This document shows positions 33,056 through 42,080 of a stretch of DNA of 64,000 nt, in pieces. The stretch covers positions 59,514 to 123,513 of the forward strand of contig JAWVCW010000015.1 of assembly GCA_033857955.1 (NCBI GenBank), given 5' to 3'. Position numbers and translations under genes: made by a program. The notes under the pieces are model-generated. The model ran no database searches and had not been told where the DNA came from. It was given only the letters and a program-made list of their open reading frames with translations. Position 1 is the stretch's first letter. Each line of letters starts with the position of its first letter. This DNA is from Gaiellaceae bacterium (GTDB lineage: Bacteria > Actinomycetota > Thermoleophilia > Gaiellales > Gaiellaceae).

Positions 33056-34537
33056 ATGCCAAGACGGAACCGAAACTCTCTAAGGATGCTCTTGCCGTTC
33101 GGCCTCCTGGCCGTCGCGGTGCTCGCCTTCATCCGCCGCAACGGCGACGACTGGGAGTACGAGACGGCCGACGAGCAGAAAGCGGCAGCGGCCGCCCCGC
33201 TCGGGACGAACCCCCGCCGCACGCCGACAGCGCGCCTCGCGCTCGTGGCCACGTTCACGTCACTCTTCTTCGCAGGCGCCGCGTTCACCGCCGGCGCCGG
33301 CGATCAGCTGTCGAAGATGCTCCCCGCGGAAGACGTCGCGGCGATGCAGGAGCCCGCCCCGGCCGATGAGGCTGCCGCGACGCCTCCGGCGGTCGTCGAG
33401 GTGGCACCCACCGCAACCGAAGCCGCACCGACCAGTGAGCCGGCGGCAGCCGAAGCAGCACCCGCGGCCGAGGCCGCACCGACCGGTGAGCCGGCGGCAG
33501 CCGAAGCGGCAGCCGCGGCCGAGGCCGCACTCGAGTCCGACGTTGCGCTCGCAGCGGAGGCCGTTCTAGCAGCCGAGCCAAGCACGGCCGCCGCCTCGGC
33601 ACCGCTCGCCCTCAAGCACGCGAGCTCGCACACCGGCCCGTCAGCCGTCACGGCACCGAAGGCACAGGCTCCGACGCCTGCGCCCGCAAAGGTCAAGGCT
33701 CCGGCCACGAGGAAGTGGGTTCTGAAGCGGGCCGACGCTGCACCCGCACCTGCGCCCGAGGTCGAGCACGAGCTCGGATACGGCGAGCCGACGGTCTGGC
33801 TCAACCGCGCCCTACCCGATCCGACGCCGCCGTCGGCGCGGCTGACGCGTCACTTCGCGCACCAGCTGGTGTCCGTTTCACGGCAGCACGGCGCGGACTG
33901 GGCCACGGTGCTCGGCATCTTGCGGGCACAGGGCGAGCGGGGATCCGTTCCCGCCTCGGCCGCGGAGCTGAACACGATCGCGGCGCAGATCGCCAATCAG
34001 GAGGCATGGCGTGGAGCGCTCGCTCTCTCCGGCCGCACCGATTTCGCCGACAGCGCCACCGCGCTGGCGGATCTCTATCGCGCAGTCGGGATCGAGGCGC
34101 TGGTGACGGGCTTCGAGGCCGCAAAGAAGCGGCTCGCGAAGCGCGTGCTTGCCGCGGAGAACGTGTGGATATACGACGGCGGCCGCGAGGACATCGCCGC
34201 CGGCCGGATCGACGTCCGGATCCTCGTCGTGATCGCGTACCTGAAGGAGCGCCACGGAGAGGTCACCGTGTCGAGCCTCTTCTCCGGCCACCGCAAGTTC
34301 GCGCGGCCCGGCGTCGTCTCGGCGCACACGTTCGGCCACGCGGTCGACATCGCCGCCGTCGGCGAGATCTCGATCGCAGGGCACCAGCAGCCCGGCGGCA
34401 TCACAGAGGCGGCGGTCCGTTCGTTGCTGCTGCTCCCGAGCGAGTTGCAGCCGCGACAGGTGATCTCGCTGCTTGGCCTGGGCGGTCCGTCGTTCCCCAT
34501 GCGCGATCACGGAGACCACATTCACGTTGGCTTCTGA
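33056..34537 (+). CDS. Membrane-anchored or secreted protein with an Ala/Pro/Glu-rich repeat region and a C-terminal LAS-type (VanY/M15-like) metallopeptidase motif set
   Basis: RBS GGAGGAG precedes ATG 33056. TM segment LLPFGLLAVAVLAF. A 51-bp tandem repeat at 33422-33523 encodes AAPT(S/G)EPAAAEAA.AAE. C-terminus: SAHTFGHAVDI ... DHGDHIHVGF (SxHxxGxAxD and HxH). Confidence 0.7.
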   Translation: MPRRNRNSLRMLLPFGLLAVAVLAFIRRNGDDWEYETADEQKAAAAAPLGTNPRRTPTARLALVATFTSLFFAGAAFTAGAGDQLSKMLPAEDVAAMQEPAPADEAAATPPAVVEVAPTATEAAPTSEPAAAEAAPAAEAAPTGEPAAAEAAAAAEAALESDVALAAEAVLAAEPSTAAASAPLALKHASSHTGPSAVTAPKAQAPTPAPAKVKAPATRKWVLKRADAAPAPAPEVEHELGYGEPTVWLNRALPDPTPPSARLTRHFAHQLVSVSRQHGADWATVLGILRAQGERGSVPASAAELNTIAAQIANQEAWRGALALSGRTDFADSATALADLYRAVGIEALVTGFEAAKKRLAKRVLAAENVWIYDGGREDIAAGRIDVRILVVIAYLKERHGEVTVSSLFSGHRKFARPGVVSAHTFGHAVDIAAVGEISIAGHQQPGGITEAAVRSLLLLPSELQPRQVISLLGLGGPSFPMRDHGDHIHVGF

Positions 34538-34877
34538 GGTCGTCACTCTGACCCGCGAGGACGGGCGCGTCGTCTGCGAGCAGTTGCTCGTGGCGGCGCG
34601 CCCGCTTCAGCGCATGCGCGGCCTGCTCGGCCGACGCAGCCTCCCCGCGGACGAGGGCATCCTGCTCCGCCCTGCAGGCTCGGTCCACATGTTCTTCATG
34701 CGGTTCGCGATCGACGCGATCTTCCTCGACCGCGACCTCGTCGTGATCGGCATCGCGCACGACCTGCGCCCCTGGCGCACCGCCGGCCGCCGCGGAGCGA
34801 AGGCGGTCGTCGAGCTGGCGAGCGGTGAGTGTGCGCGCCGCGGCATCAAGGCCGGCGACGCGCTGACGCTCTCCTAG
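34473..34877 (+). CDS. DUF192-family protein
   Basis: RMRGLLGRRSLPADEGILLRPAGSVHMFFMRFAIDAIFLDRDLVVIGI...AKAVVELASGE. The start is uncertain; TTG 34527 would give an 11-nt overlap with the upstream gene. Confidence 0.7.
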   Translation: MAWAVRRSPCAITETTFTLASEVVTLTREDGRVVCEQLLVAARPLQRMRGLLGRRSLPADEGILLRPAGSVHMFFMRFAIDAIFLDRDLVVIGIAHDLRPWRTAGRRGAKAVVELASGECARRGIKAGDALTLS

Positions 34878-34893
34878 ATCCTTTCGAGCCTTC

Positions 34894-35172
34894 CTAGATG
34901 CCCATTGCGGTCTGGACGTGCCGCAGCATCCAGATCGAACAGAGCAGCGCGTAGGTCAGCGCCGGCAGTACGACCACGACGACCGCGACAACTGCCATCA
35001 CCGGAGATTCCTGCACGCCCGGCATGAGGCGGAGCAGCGCGAACGCGAGGCCCGTGTGGAGCAGCGTCTTTCCGACGTGCTCCGGTGCGATCTTCGGCAA
35101 CCGGGCATGAATCCAGAGCGCGAGAACTCCCGCGCCGGCAGCCAATACGAAAACGAACGCGCTATTCGACAT
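34894..35172 (-). CDS. Small membrane protein (three TM segments)
   Basis: MSNSAFVFVLAAGAGVLALWI...LLHTGLAFALLRLM...MAVVAVVVVVLPALTYALLCSIW. Confidence 0.55.
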   Translation of the reverse strand: MSNSAFVFVLAAGAGVLALWIHARLPKIAPEHVGKTLLHTGLAFALLRLMPGVQESPVMAVVAVVVVVLPALTYALLCSIWMLRHVQTAMGI

Positions 35173-35741
35173 ATCCCCTCTTTCTCGAATGCCGCAGTGA
35201 GTGAGAACAGCGGGGCCACCACAGAAGCCCCGCCCCGTTCTCGTCTAAACCCTCGAGTCCACCGCAGGAGGCCCGAGAAGCTTGTGTGTTTCGCTGAGCA
35301 CACCATGCACCACGGAGGCCGCTTGACCTATCACCCAGGCGGTGGTTCACCGCACTTGTTGACGAGTGAAGCGGCGGGATCGGCGCAGGGTGTCGTATGG
35401 GCCGGCCTGGATTCAGCACGCCTGCAAATCGGCGTATTTGTCTCGGCGAGTGAGCACGGAGTGGCACCATGCGAGCACTAGCGGCTGAAATCGCCGTGCT
35501 CATCGGCCTTGTTCACGTCGGCGGGCGCCATCCCTATTGCCCGCTCTGCGTCCGCCGCGAGTTCGCCCCGGACGCGCCGGCTCGTCTACGGGGAGAGTGA
35601 CCGGGCCGGATCGCCAGCCGCGTGAGCATCGGGTCGCTCAACCGAGCGATTCGTCTCGAGGACGGATGTATGCGGCTAAGGCCGTCTGTCTTGCGGAGAA
35701 CTACGCATGAGGAAAGCGCGGCGAGTGTCGACGATGACGGT

Positions 35742-35966
35742 ATGAATCATGCCCCCGTCCCCGCGCTCACCTTCCCGTTTCCCGAGTTCCGGCAAAACGA
35801 CGTCGTGTGTTTAGTCGGCCTTCATCGCAATGTTTTACCCGGTGCTTGCGGTCGCATCGTCGGCAGGTTCGCGCGCGATGTTGACCCGACCTACGTCGTC
35901 AGTTTCGAGGACCAGGTCTGCAACGACGTTCGCGCAGACGAGCTCGTCCCTGCGAACGCCATCTAG
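35742..35966 (+). CDS. Hypothetical small protein in a lower-GC stretch
   Basis: ATG 35742: MNHAPVPALTFPFPEFRQNDVVCLVGLHRNVLPGACGRIVGRFARDVDPTYVVSFEDQVCNDVRADELVPANAI. Confidence 0.4.
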   Translation: MNHAPVPALTFPFPEFRQNDVVCLVGLHRNVLPGACGRIVGRFARDVDPTYVVSFEDQVCNDVRADELVPANAI

Positions 35967-36043
35967 CTCGAAAACTCTCATCCTTCGGCAACCCAACGCG
36001 GCGACGATCAATTAGCGTCGCACAATGTGAAAGGGCATCCTCA

Positions 36044-36841
36044 ATGACGAAATCCATAACCGTTCTGGCAGCGCTGTGTCTGGTGCTCACGTTGAGCACC
36101 GGAGCGTTCGCAGCCAGAGGGCTACTAACCGGCGCCGAGATCAAGAACGGCTCCCTGACTGGTGTCGACATCCAGCAGCAGTCGCTTGGCGCGGACCTGT
36201 TCATGACATCGGCGAAGAAATCCCTGCGCGGACCCCGCGGATCGGAAGGCGCCCAAGGACCTGCCGGACTCGTCGGCAGCGGCGCCGCAGGCGCGAAGGG
36301 CGCGAACGGTACGAACGGCCTCGCGGGCATTAACGGCCTCGCCGGCGCGAACGGCACCAACGGTACCGCGGGCACCCCCGGCACCAACGGCCTCGCCGGC
36401 ACCAACGGCGTCGACGGCGCCGCGGGCACCAACGGCCTCACCGGCACCCCTGGCACCCCCGGCACCAACGGCACCAACGGCACCAACGGCACCGTCACGC
36501 CGCTTTCCGCCACCACGGGAACAACAGTCCTCCCACCCACCGGTCCGCCGATCGTCGTCATCACCCTGGCTGTTCCGACGGCAGGCAAATATGTGGTGCT
36601 GGCGAAGACGCAGCTGTACCAAAGCGGTGCTGGCGACGCCATCGATTGCGCGCTGAAGGCGAACAGCATCTCGATCGACCAAGTGGCGATGAAGACGTTG
36701 CCAGCACTCGCCGAGGTGCCGGTGTCACTGCAGGCCGTCACCACGGTCACGGCGAACTCTCAATTCAGCGTCGAGTGCGACATGCGGACCGCAGACGGCA
36801 CGGCCAGCTTCAACAGCCTCATCGCGATCCCGACCAGCTAG
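36044..36841 (+). CDS. Secreted collagen-like (Gly-X-Y repeat) protein with a C-terminal globular domain
   Basis: Signal peptide MTKSITVLAALCLVLTLSTGAFA. About 29 G-X-Y triplets, rich in GTN, GTP and GLA (about 36230-36500). The non-repetitive C-terminus ends ...FNSLIAIPTS. Confidence 0.85.
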   Translation: MTKSITVLAALCLVLTLSTGAFAARGLLTGAEIKNGSLTGVDIQQQSLGADLFMTSAKKSLRGPRGSEGAQGPAGLVGSGAAGAKGANGTNGLAGINGLAGANGTNGTAGTPGTNGLAGTNGVDGAAGTNGLTGTPGTPGTNGTNGTNGTVTPLSATTGTTVLPPTGPPIVVITLAVPTAGKYVVLAKTQLYQSGAGDAIDCALKANSISIDQVAMKTLPALAEVPVSLQAVTTVTANSQFSVECDMRTADGTASFNSLIAIPTS

Positions 36842-36859
36842 GCGACGCTCGCAGCAAAT

Positions 36860-36911
36860 CGTCCCGCATCCTCTAGTTTCCTCCGTTGCGGCTCAGAGAG
36901 GATGCGGGACG
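36860..36911 (+). terminator. 15-bp hairpin downstream of the collagen-like gene
   Basis: CGTCCCGCATCCTCT ... AGAGGATGCGGGACG with a 22-nt loop. Confidence 0.5.
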
Positions 36912-37068
36912 TCGGCCCCTTGTGCTCGAACTGCGGGTTCGTTCGACTGCACGACGCTGACACGCTCGGGCTCGCCGATCGCTGACCGCCGGGGCTACCA
37001 ACGAGGCGATTCCGAGTGAGCACCGAGTGAACACCGTTTGAGCAGACGCGGCATCCCTGCCATAGCTG

Positions 37069-37108
37069 ACCCGCTTGCCTAAGCCGAAAAGCCACTAGGC
37101 AAGCGGGT
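37069..37108 (-). terminator. 12-bp hairpin immediately 3' of tRNA-Met
   Basis: ACCCGCTTGCCT ... AGGCAAGCGGGT. Confidence 0.5.
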
Positions 37109-37113
37109 CCGTT

Positions 37114-37186
37114 TGGGCCCGCCTGGATTCGAACCAGGGCGCGACGGATTATGAGTCCGCTGCTCTAACCGCTGAGCTACGGGCCC
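37114..37186 (-). tRNA. tRNA-Met (anticodon CAT), elongator-type, with no encoded CCA
   Basis: The reverse complement GGGCCCGTAGCTCAGCGGTTAGAGCAGCGGACTCATAATCCGTCGCGCCCTGGTTCGAATCCAGGCGGGCCCA folds as a cloverleaf. Acceptor stem GGGCCCG/CGGGCCC, anticodon loop CTCATAA, T-loop TTCGAAT. The G1-C72 pair argues against an initiator. tRNA-Ile2 with a lysidine-modified CAT anticodon cannot be excluded. Confidence 0.9.
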
Positions 37187-37260
37187 CACGCAGGTTCGAG
37201 CGTACAGCGGCGACCGGTTCTCAAACGGCGTTCGCCCGACGACTGTCACAATGACGCGCG

Positions 37261-37713
37261 ATGAAGGCCTACCAGCAGGAGACCCAGCTCCGGACCGCCG
37301 GAGGGCTCTCTGTGAAGGACATCACCGTCGAAGTTCAAGAGGCCGTCGCCGCGAGCGGGATCAAGAACGGCATCTGCTCCGTCTACTCGCCGCACACCAC
37401 CTGCTCGGTCCGCGTGAACGAGTTCGAGACCGGCTTCCTCGAGGACTTCGCGCTCTTGCTCAAGAAGCTCGTGCCGAGCGACAACTACTACGCGCACGAC
37501 GACTGGGATCGCCGCACCGAGAACGTCTGCCCGGAGGACATGGACTTCGGCAACGGGCACTCGCACTGCATGTCGATGCTGCTCGGCCCCGCCGGCGAGT
37601 CGATCCCGGTCCGCGACGGCGAGCTCTGCCTCGGCACCTGGCAGCGCGTGCTCTTCCTCGAGCTCGACCGCGAGCGCGACCGGCGCTGGCTCGTGCAAGT
37701 TGTCGGCGTCTGA
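37261..37713 (+). CDS. YjbQ/UPF0047-family protein (secondary thiamine-phosphate synthase-like)
   Basis: ITVEVQEAVAASGIKNGICSVYSPHTTCSVRVNE...GHSHCMSMLLGPAGESIPVRDGELCLGTWQRVLFLELD. Confidence 0.85.
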   Translation: MKAYQQETQLRTAGGLSVKDITVEVQEAVAASGIKNGICSVYSPHTTCSVRVNEFETGFLEDFALLLKKLVPSDNYYAHDDWDRRTENVCPEDMDFGNGHSHCMSMLLGPAGESIPVRDGELCLGTWQRVLFLELDRERDRRWLVQVVGV

Positions 37714-37715
37714 CG

Positions 37716-37790
37716 CCAAGTAACAGTCTGTTACTTGGCCCGACCGCGCGCTGCCGCCACTACCCGCGGCCTAGTAACAGTCTGTTACTA
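37716..37790. repeat. Pair of AT-cored perfect palindromes sharing AGTAACAG-T-CTGTTACT, between convergent genes
   Basis: CCAAGTAACAG-T-CTGTTACTTGG at 37716-37738 and TAGTAACAG-T-CTGTTACTA at 37772-37790. Centres are 54 bp apart. Confidence 0.75.
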
Positions 37791-37797
37791 CTAGCCC

Positions 37798-38565
37798 TCA
37801 TTCGGGCGTGACGTAGGCGGCGGTCAGGCCGCCGTCGACGAGGAACGTCGAGGCGTTCACATAGGAGGACTCGTCGCTCGCGAGGAAGAGCGCCGCGTTC
37901 ACGATCTCGCGCGGCTTCGCGAGCCGCCCCGTCGGCCAGTGGAGACGCCTTCGCTCGAGCGCGTCGGGGTTGTCGCCGAAGATGTTGAGCAAGAGCGGCG
38001 TTTCGACCGGCCCGGGGCACAGCGCGTTCACGCGCACGCCCTGGCGAGCGAACTGGACGCCGAGCTCGCGGCTCATCGACAGCACCGCGCCCTTGGAGGC
38101 GCTGTAGGAGATCTGGGAGGTCGCGGCACCGAGGATCGCGACGAAGCTCGCGACGTTGATCACCGACCCCCCGCCCCGCGCCAGCAGGTACGGGATCCCG
38201 TGCTTGCAGCAGAGGAAGACGCCTCGCGTGTTGACCGCCTGGACGCGGTCCCATGCCTCGACCGAGGTGTCCAGCACGGACGCATCGTCGTCGGGCGAGA
38301 TGCCCGCGTTGTTGTAGAGGACGTCGATCCCGCCGAATCGCTCGGCCGTCTCGGCGCACATCCGACGTACGTCCTCCTCCTCCGCCACGTTCACCTTCAC
38401 CGCGAACGCCTCGCCGGAACAGAGGCCGACCGTCTCCTCTGCCGCCTCGACGTTCATGTCCGCGGCGCAGACCTTCGCACCCTCCTGGGTAAAGAGAATC
38501 GCCGCCTCGCGGCCCATCCCGCCGCCGGCGCCCGTGATCACGCAGACCTTGCCTTCGAGCCGCAT
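37798..38565 (-). CDS. Short-chain dehydrogenase/reductase (SDR)
   Basis: TGAGGGMG cofactor motif, NNAG, and the S...YSASK catalytic motif. Confidence 0.9.
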   Translation of the reverse strand: MRLEGKVCVITGAGGGMGREAAILFTQEGAKVCAADMNVEAAEETVGLCSGEAFAVKVNVAEEEDVRRMCAETAERFGGIDVLYNNAGISPDDDASVLDTSVEAWDRVQAVNTRGVFLCCKHGIPYLLARGGGSVINVASFVAILGAATSQISYSASKGAVLSMSRELGVQFARQGVRVNALCPGPVETPLLLNIFGDNPDALERRRLHWPTGRLAKPREIVNAALFLASDESSYVNASTFLVDGGLTAAYVTPE

Positions 38566-39915
38566 CTAGACCTCCGTCGACAGGAACACGTTCTTGACCT
38601 CCGAGTAACCCTCGAGCGCGTGCATCCCGAGTTCCCGGCCGAACCCCGACTGCTTCATCCCACCGAACGGCGTCGCGACGCGGACCGAGCTGTTCGAGTT
38701 GACGCTGAGGACGCCCGCCTCGACCGCGCGCGCGACGCGCAGCGCTCGTGCGCCCTCTCGCGTCCAGATCGACCCGGAGAGCCCGTACGGCGTGTCGTTC
38801 GCGATCCGGATCGCCTCCGCCTCGTCGGCGAACGGGATCACCGCCGCAACGGGCCCGAAAACCTCGTCGCGGGCGATCCGGTCGTCGTTCGTCGCCTCGA
38901 CGAGCGTGCACGGGAACCAGAAGCCGGCACCGTCCGGCGCATCGCCGCGAAAGAGCGGCTCGCCCTCGACGAACGAGGAGACCGTCTCGCGGTGCGCCGC
39001 CGAGATCAGGGGGCCCATCTCGGTCGCGTCATCTTCGGGATCGCCCACCTTGACGCCGCGCGTCGCCTCGATCAGCAGCTCGACGAAACGGTCGTACGCG
39101 CTCTGCTCGACGAGGATCCGCGAGCGCGCGCAGCAGTCCTGGCCCGCGTTGTCGAAGACCGCGTACGGAGCGGCCGCCGCGGCCCGCTCGAGATCGGCGT
39201 CGGCGAAGACCACGTTCGCGGACTTGCCGCCGAGCTCGAGCGTCACGCGCTTGATCGTCGCAGCGGCTCCTTGCATCACGGTCCGCCCCACCTCGGTCGA
39301 GCCCGTGAAGCCGATCTTGGCCACGTCCGGGTGCTCGACCAGGCGGCTGCCGACGACCGAACCCTTCCCGACGAGCACGTTGACGACGCCTTCCGGGATG
39401 CCGGCTTCGAGCACGAGCTCGGAGAGCCGCAGCGCGGACATCGGCGTCAGCTCCGCCGGCTTCAGCACGACCGTGTTGCCACAGGCGAGCGCCGGGCCGA
39501 GCTTCCACGAGGAGATGTTGAGCGGGAAGTTCCAAGGCACGATCAGGCCGACGACGCCGAGGGGCTCACGGAACGTGACGTCGACACCGCCCCCGACCGG
39601 GATCGTCTCCCCGTAGTGCTTGTCGACCGCACCGGCGTAGAAGTGGAAGACCTGCGCGACCATGCCGATCTCGGCGCGCGCGCCTGCGATCGGCTTGCCG
39701 ACGTTGCGCGACTCGATCCGCGCCAGCTCCTCCCCGTGCTCCTCGACGAGCGTTGCCAGGCGCCGGAGCAGACGTGCCCGGTCATTGGGCGCGGCGGCCT
39801 TCCAGGCAGGGAAGGCCGCCTTGGCGCGCGCCACCGCGGCGTCGGTCTCCTCGACGCCTGCCTGCTCGAGCTCCGCGATCGGCTCCTCGGTCGCAGGATT
39901 GAGGACGGTCAGCAC
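38566..39915 (-). CDS. NAD(P)-dependent aldehyde dehydrogenase (PuuC-like by context)
   Basis: FTGSTEVGR, ELGGKSANVVF and the catalytic Cys in GQDCCARSRILV. GTG 39915 is proposed (VLTVLNPATEEP...). The longer track ORF overlaps the upstream gene. Confidence 0.9.
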   Translation of the reverse strand: MLTVLNPATEEPIAELEQAGVEETDAAVARAKAAFPAWKAAAPNDRARLLRRLATLVEEHGEELARIESRNVGKPIAGARAEIGMVAQVFHFYAGAVDKHYGETIPVGGGVDVTFREPLGVVGLIVPWNFPLNISSWKLGPALACGNTVVLKPAELTPMSALRLSELVLEAGIPEGVVNVLVGKGSVVGSRLVEHPDVAKIGFTGSTEVGRTVMQGAAATIKRVTLELGGKSANVVFADADLERAAAAAPYAVFDNAGQDCCARSRILVEQSAYDRFVELLIEATRGVKVGDPEDDATEMGPLISAAHRETVSSFVEGEPLFRGDAPDGAGFWFPCTLVEATNDDRIARDEVFGPVAAVIPFADEAEAIRIANDTPYGLSGSIWTREGARALRVARAVEAGVLSVNSNSSVRVATPFGGMKQSGFGRELGMHALEGYSEVKNVFLSTEV

Positions 39916-39928
39916 CGGCAGCCCTGCA

Positions 39929-40645
39929 CTAGCCGCGCGCCGCGCGATAGGCGCGCGCCTCGTCGACGAGCGCCCGGACGAGCGCTGCGTCCTGCCCCTC
40001 CTCCGGATGCCAGAGCACGCCGACCGCGAACCGCTTCGAAGGATCCTCGAGCGCCTCGAGCGTCCCGTCCTCGGCCCACGCGGTCTCGACAAGCCCTTCT
40101 CCGATCGTCCCGAAGCCCTGGTGATGGTGCGACTTGACAGGTGCTCGGTCACCCAGGATGGCGCCGAGCCGACTGCCCTCCTTCAATTCGACCCCGTGGT
40201 CGGCGAAGACTCCGGGGGTGTGCTTGTGCTTCTCGTCGCCGACGACGTCGGGCAGGTGCTGGACGAGATCGCCGCCGCGGGCGACGTTCAGGACTTGCGA
40301 GCCACGGCAGATCGCGAGCACCGGCATGTTTCGCTCGAGCGCCGCTGTCAACAGCGCGAGCTCGCCTCGATCCCTCTGCGGCCGCGTGCCGATCGTCTCG
40401 GGGTGTGCGTCCTGGCCGTACGCGCCCGGGTCGATGTCGGAGCCGCCGGAGAAGAGGACTCCGTCGAGGACGTCGAGTGTCTCGTCGATCCCTTCTTCGC
40501 TCGGAGGCACGAGCAGTGGCCGGCCGCCCGCCTCCTCGACCTGACGAACGTACGCGAGCGGGATCACCGCTGCGGGCACGTCCCAGACGCCCCAGCGCAC
40601 ACTCGGCTCCTCGTAGGCGGTGATCCCGATCACAGGCTTAGCCAC
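39929..40645 (-). CDS. Gamma-glutamyl-GABA hydrolase-like class I glutamine amidotransferase (peptidase C26, PuuD-like)
   Basis: VLFSGGSDIDPGAYG ... PVLAICRGSQVLNVARGG ... HHQG. Confidence 0.85.
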   Translation of the reverse strand: MAKPVIGITAYEEPSVRWGVWDVPAAVIPLAYVRQVEEAGGRPLLVPPSEEGIDETLDVLDGVLFSGGSDIDPGAYGQDAHPETIGTRPQRDRGELALLTAALERNMPVLAICRGSQVLNVARGGDLVQHLPDVVGDEKHKHTPGVFADHGVELKEGSRLGAILGDRAPVKSHHHQGFGTIGEGLVETAWAEDGTLEALEDPSKRFAVGVLWHPEEGQDAALVRALVDEARAYRAARG

Positions 40646-41972
40646 GTTCGAAGAACCTCTCGCGCTCGTAGCAGGTGACCGCGCGGTCGAAAAGCTCCTG
40701 CTCGGTGCGCGCGTAGTTGAGGTAGTGGTCGATCACCTCGTCGCCGAACGCTACGCGCGCCATCGAGCCACCTTCGAGCGCGGCGACAGCCTCGCGCAGC
40801 GAGTGCGGAAAGCGGTCGGCGTCCGACTCGTACGCGTTGCCCTCGAGCGCCGGCGGCAGCGCGAGCCCCTGCTCGATCCCGTTCAGGCCGGCCGCAATGA
40901 TCGCGGCGAACGCGAGATACGGGTTGGCATCGGCGCCGGGGATCCGCGTCTCCGTCCGCAGCGCCGGCCCGTGGCCGACGATCCGGAAGCCGCACGTCCG
41001 GTTGTCGCGTCCCCAGGCAAGCGTCGTCGGCGCCCACGAGCCGGCCGCGTACCGCTTGTACGAGTTGACGTTCGGCGCCAGGAAGATCGCGAGCTCCTTC
41101 AAGTTGGCGATCTGCCCTGCCAGCCACCCGTTGAACTCCGCCGTCTCGCCGTCGAACGCACTTTCCTTCCCGCGCCAGAGCGAGGAGTGGATGTGGCACG
41201 AGCTGCCGATCCAGCTGTGATCGGGCTTTGCCATGAACGTGATCGAGCAGCCGTTCAGGTGGGCGATCTCCTTCGCGCCGTTCTTGTAGATCACGTGGTT
41301 GTCCGCCATCGCGACGGCGTCGGCATACCGGAAGTTGATCTCGTGCTGCCCCGGCCACGCCTCGCCCTTCGAGGTCTCCACCTTGATTCCGGCGCCCTGC
41401 ATCCCGTTCCGGATCTGGCGGATGAACGGCTCGTCGTAGGTCGCGGCCAGGATGTGGTAGTCGAGGATGTACGGCACCGACGGGGTCAGGTCGCGGTAGT
41501 GCTGTCGGTTCGCTTGCTCGTACGTCTCCTTGAGCAAGTAGAACTCGAGCTCCGAGCCGATCATCGGCGTGAAGCCGAGCGCCTCCGCCCGGTCGACCTG
41601 GGCGCGCAGCACCTGCCGGGGCGAGGGAGCCACAGGCGAGCCGTCGTGCCAACCAACATCGCACAGGACGAGCGCCGTCGCCTCGAGCCACGGGATCCGC
41701 CGCAGCGTCGCCAGATCGGGCGTCATCCCGAAGTCGCCGTAGCCACGCTCCCAGCTCGCGAGCGCGTAGCCGGGAACGGGGTCCATCTCCATCTCGAGCG
41801 CGAGGAGGTAGTTGCAGCCCTCGATCGGATGACCGGCGCCGACCTCGTCGACGAAGAACTCACCCTGCAGGCGCTTGCCCATCAGCCGTCCCTGCATGTC
41901 GGTGAAGGCGACGACGACGGTGTCGATCGCGCCCGACTCCACATCCGCCCGCAACTCGTCGAAGCTGAGCAC
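40638..41972 (-). CDS. Glutamine synthetase-family enzyme (gamma-glutamyl-polyamine synthetase-like, GlnA3/PuuA-type by context)
   Basis: GS beta-grasp and catalytic-domain motifs (GSELEFYL, GSSCHIHSSLW, NPYLAFAAIIAAG). GTG 41972 follows AGGA. The track ORF carries a long spurious N-terminal extension. Confidence 0.88.
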   Translation of the reverse strand: MLSFDELRADVESGAIDTVVVAFTDMQGRLMGKRLQGEFFVDEVGAGHPIEGCNYLLALEMEMDPVPGYALASWERGYGDFGMTPDLATLRRIPWLEATALVLCDVGWHDGSPVAPSPRQVLRAQVDRAEALGFTPMIGSELEFYLLKETYEQANRQHYRDLTPSVPYILDYHILAATYDEPFIRQIRNGMQGAGIKVETSKGEAWPGQHEINFRYADAVAMADNHVIYKNGAKEIAHLNGCSITFMAKPDHSWIGSSCHIHSSLWRGKESAFDGETAEFNGWLAGQIANLKELAIFLAPNVNSYKRYAAGSWAPTTLAWGRDNRTCGFRIVGHGPALRTETRIPGADANPYLAFAAIIAAGLNGIEQGLALPPALEGNAYESDADRFPHSLREAVAALEGGSMARVAFGDEVIDHYLNYARTEQELFDRAVTCYERERFFERG

Positions 41973-42080
41973 GAAGGCGATCCTACTGTTCGAAGCCCCT
42001 TGTGCCGTCCGACACGTTGACAACGATCCAGGCAGACGCGCGTAATAGCGCGGACACGTCACCAACTGGTAGGAGGGCGG

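Noticed and set aside
35899-36750. Minus-strand ORFs (283 aa and 185 aa) opposite the collagen-like gene.
   Set aside because: They are a by-product of the GGN-NNN-NNN periodicity. The reverse-complement frames stay open and read Pro/Val/Ala-rich repeats. The plus strand has a signal peptide, a clean G-X-Y register and a terminator hairpin.
35173-37200. An integrated prophage or integrative element at tRNA-Met.
   Set aside because: I found no integrase, excisionase, phage structural genes or obvious att direct repeat in the window. Only the lower GC content and the unusual collagen-like gene support a foreign origin, so I report it as an islet hypothesis and not as a mobile element.
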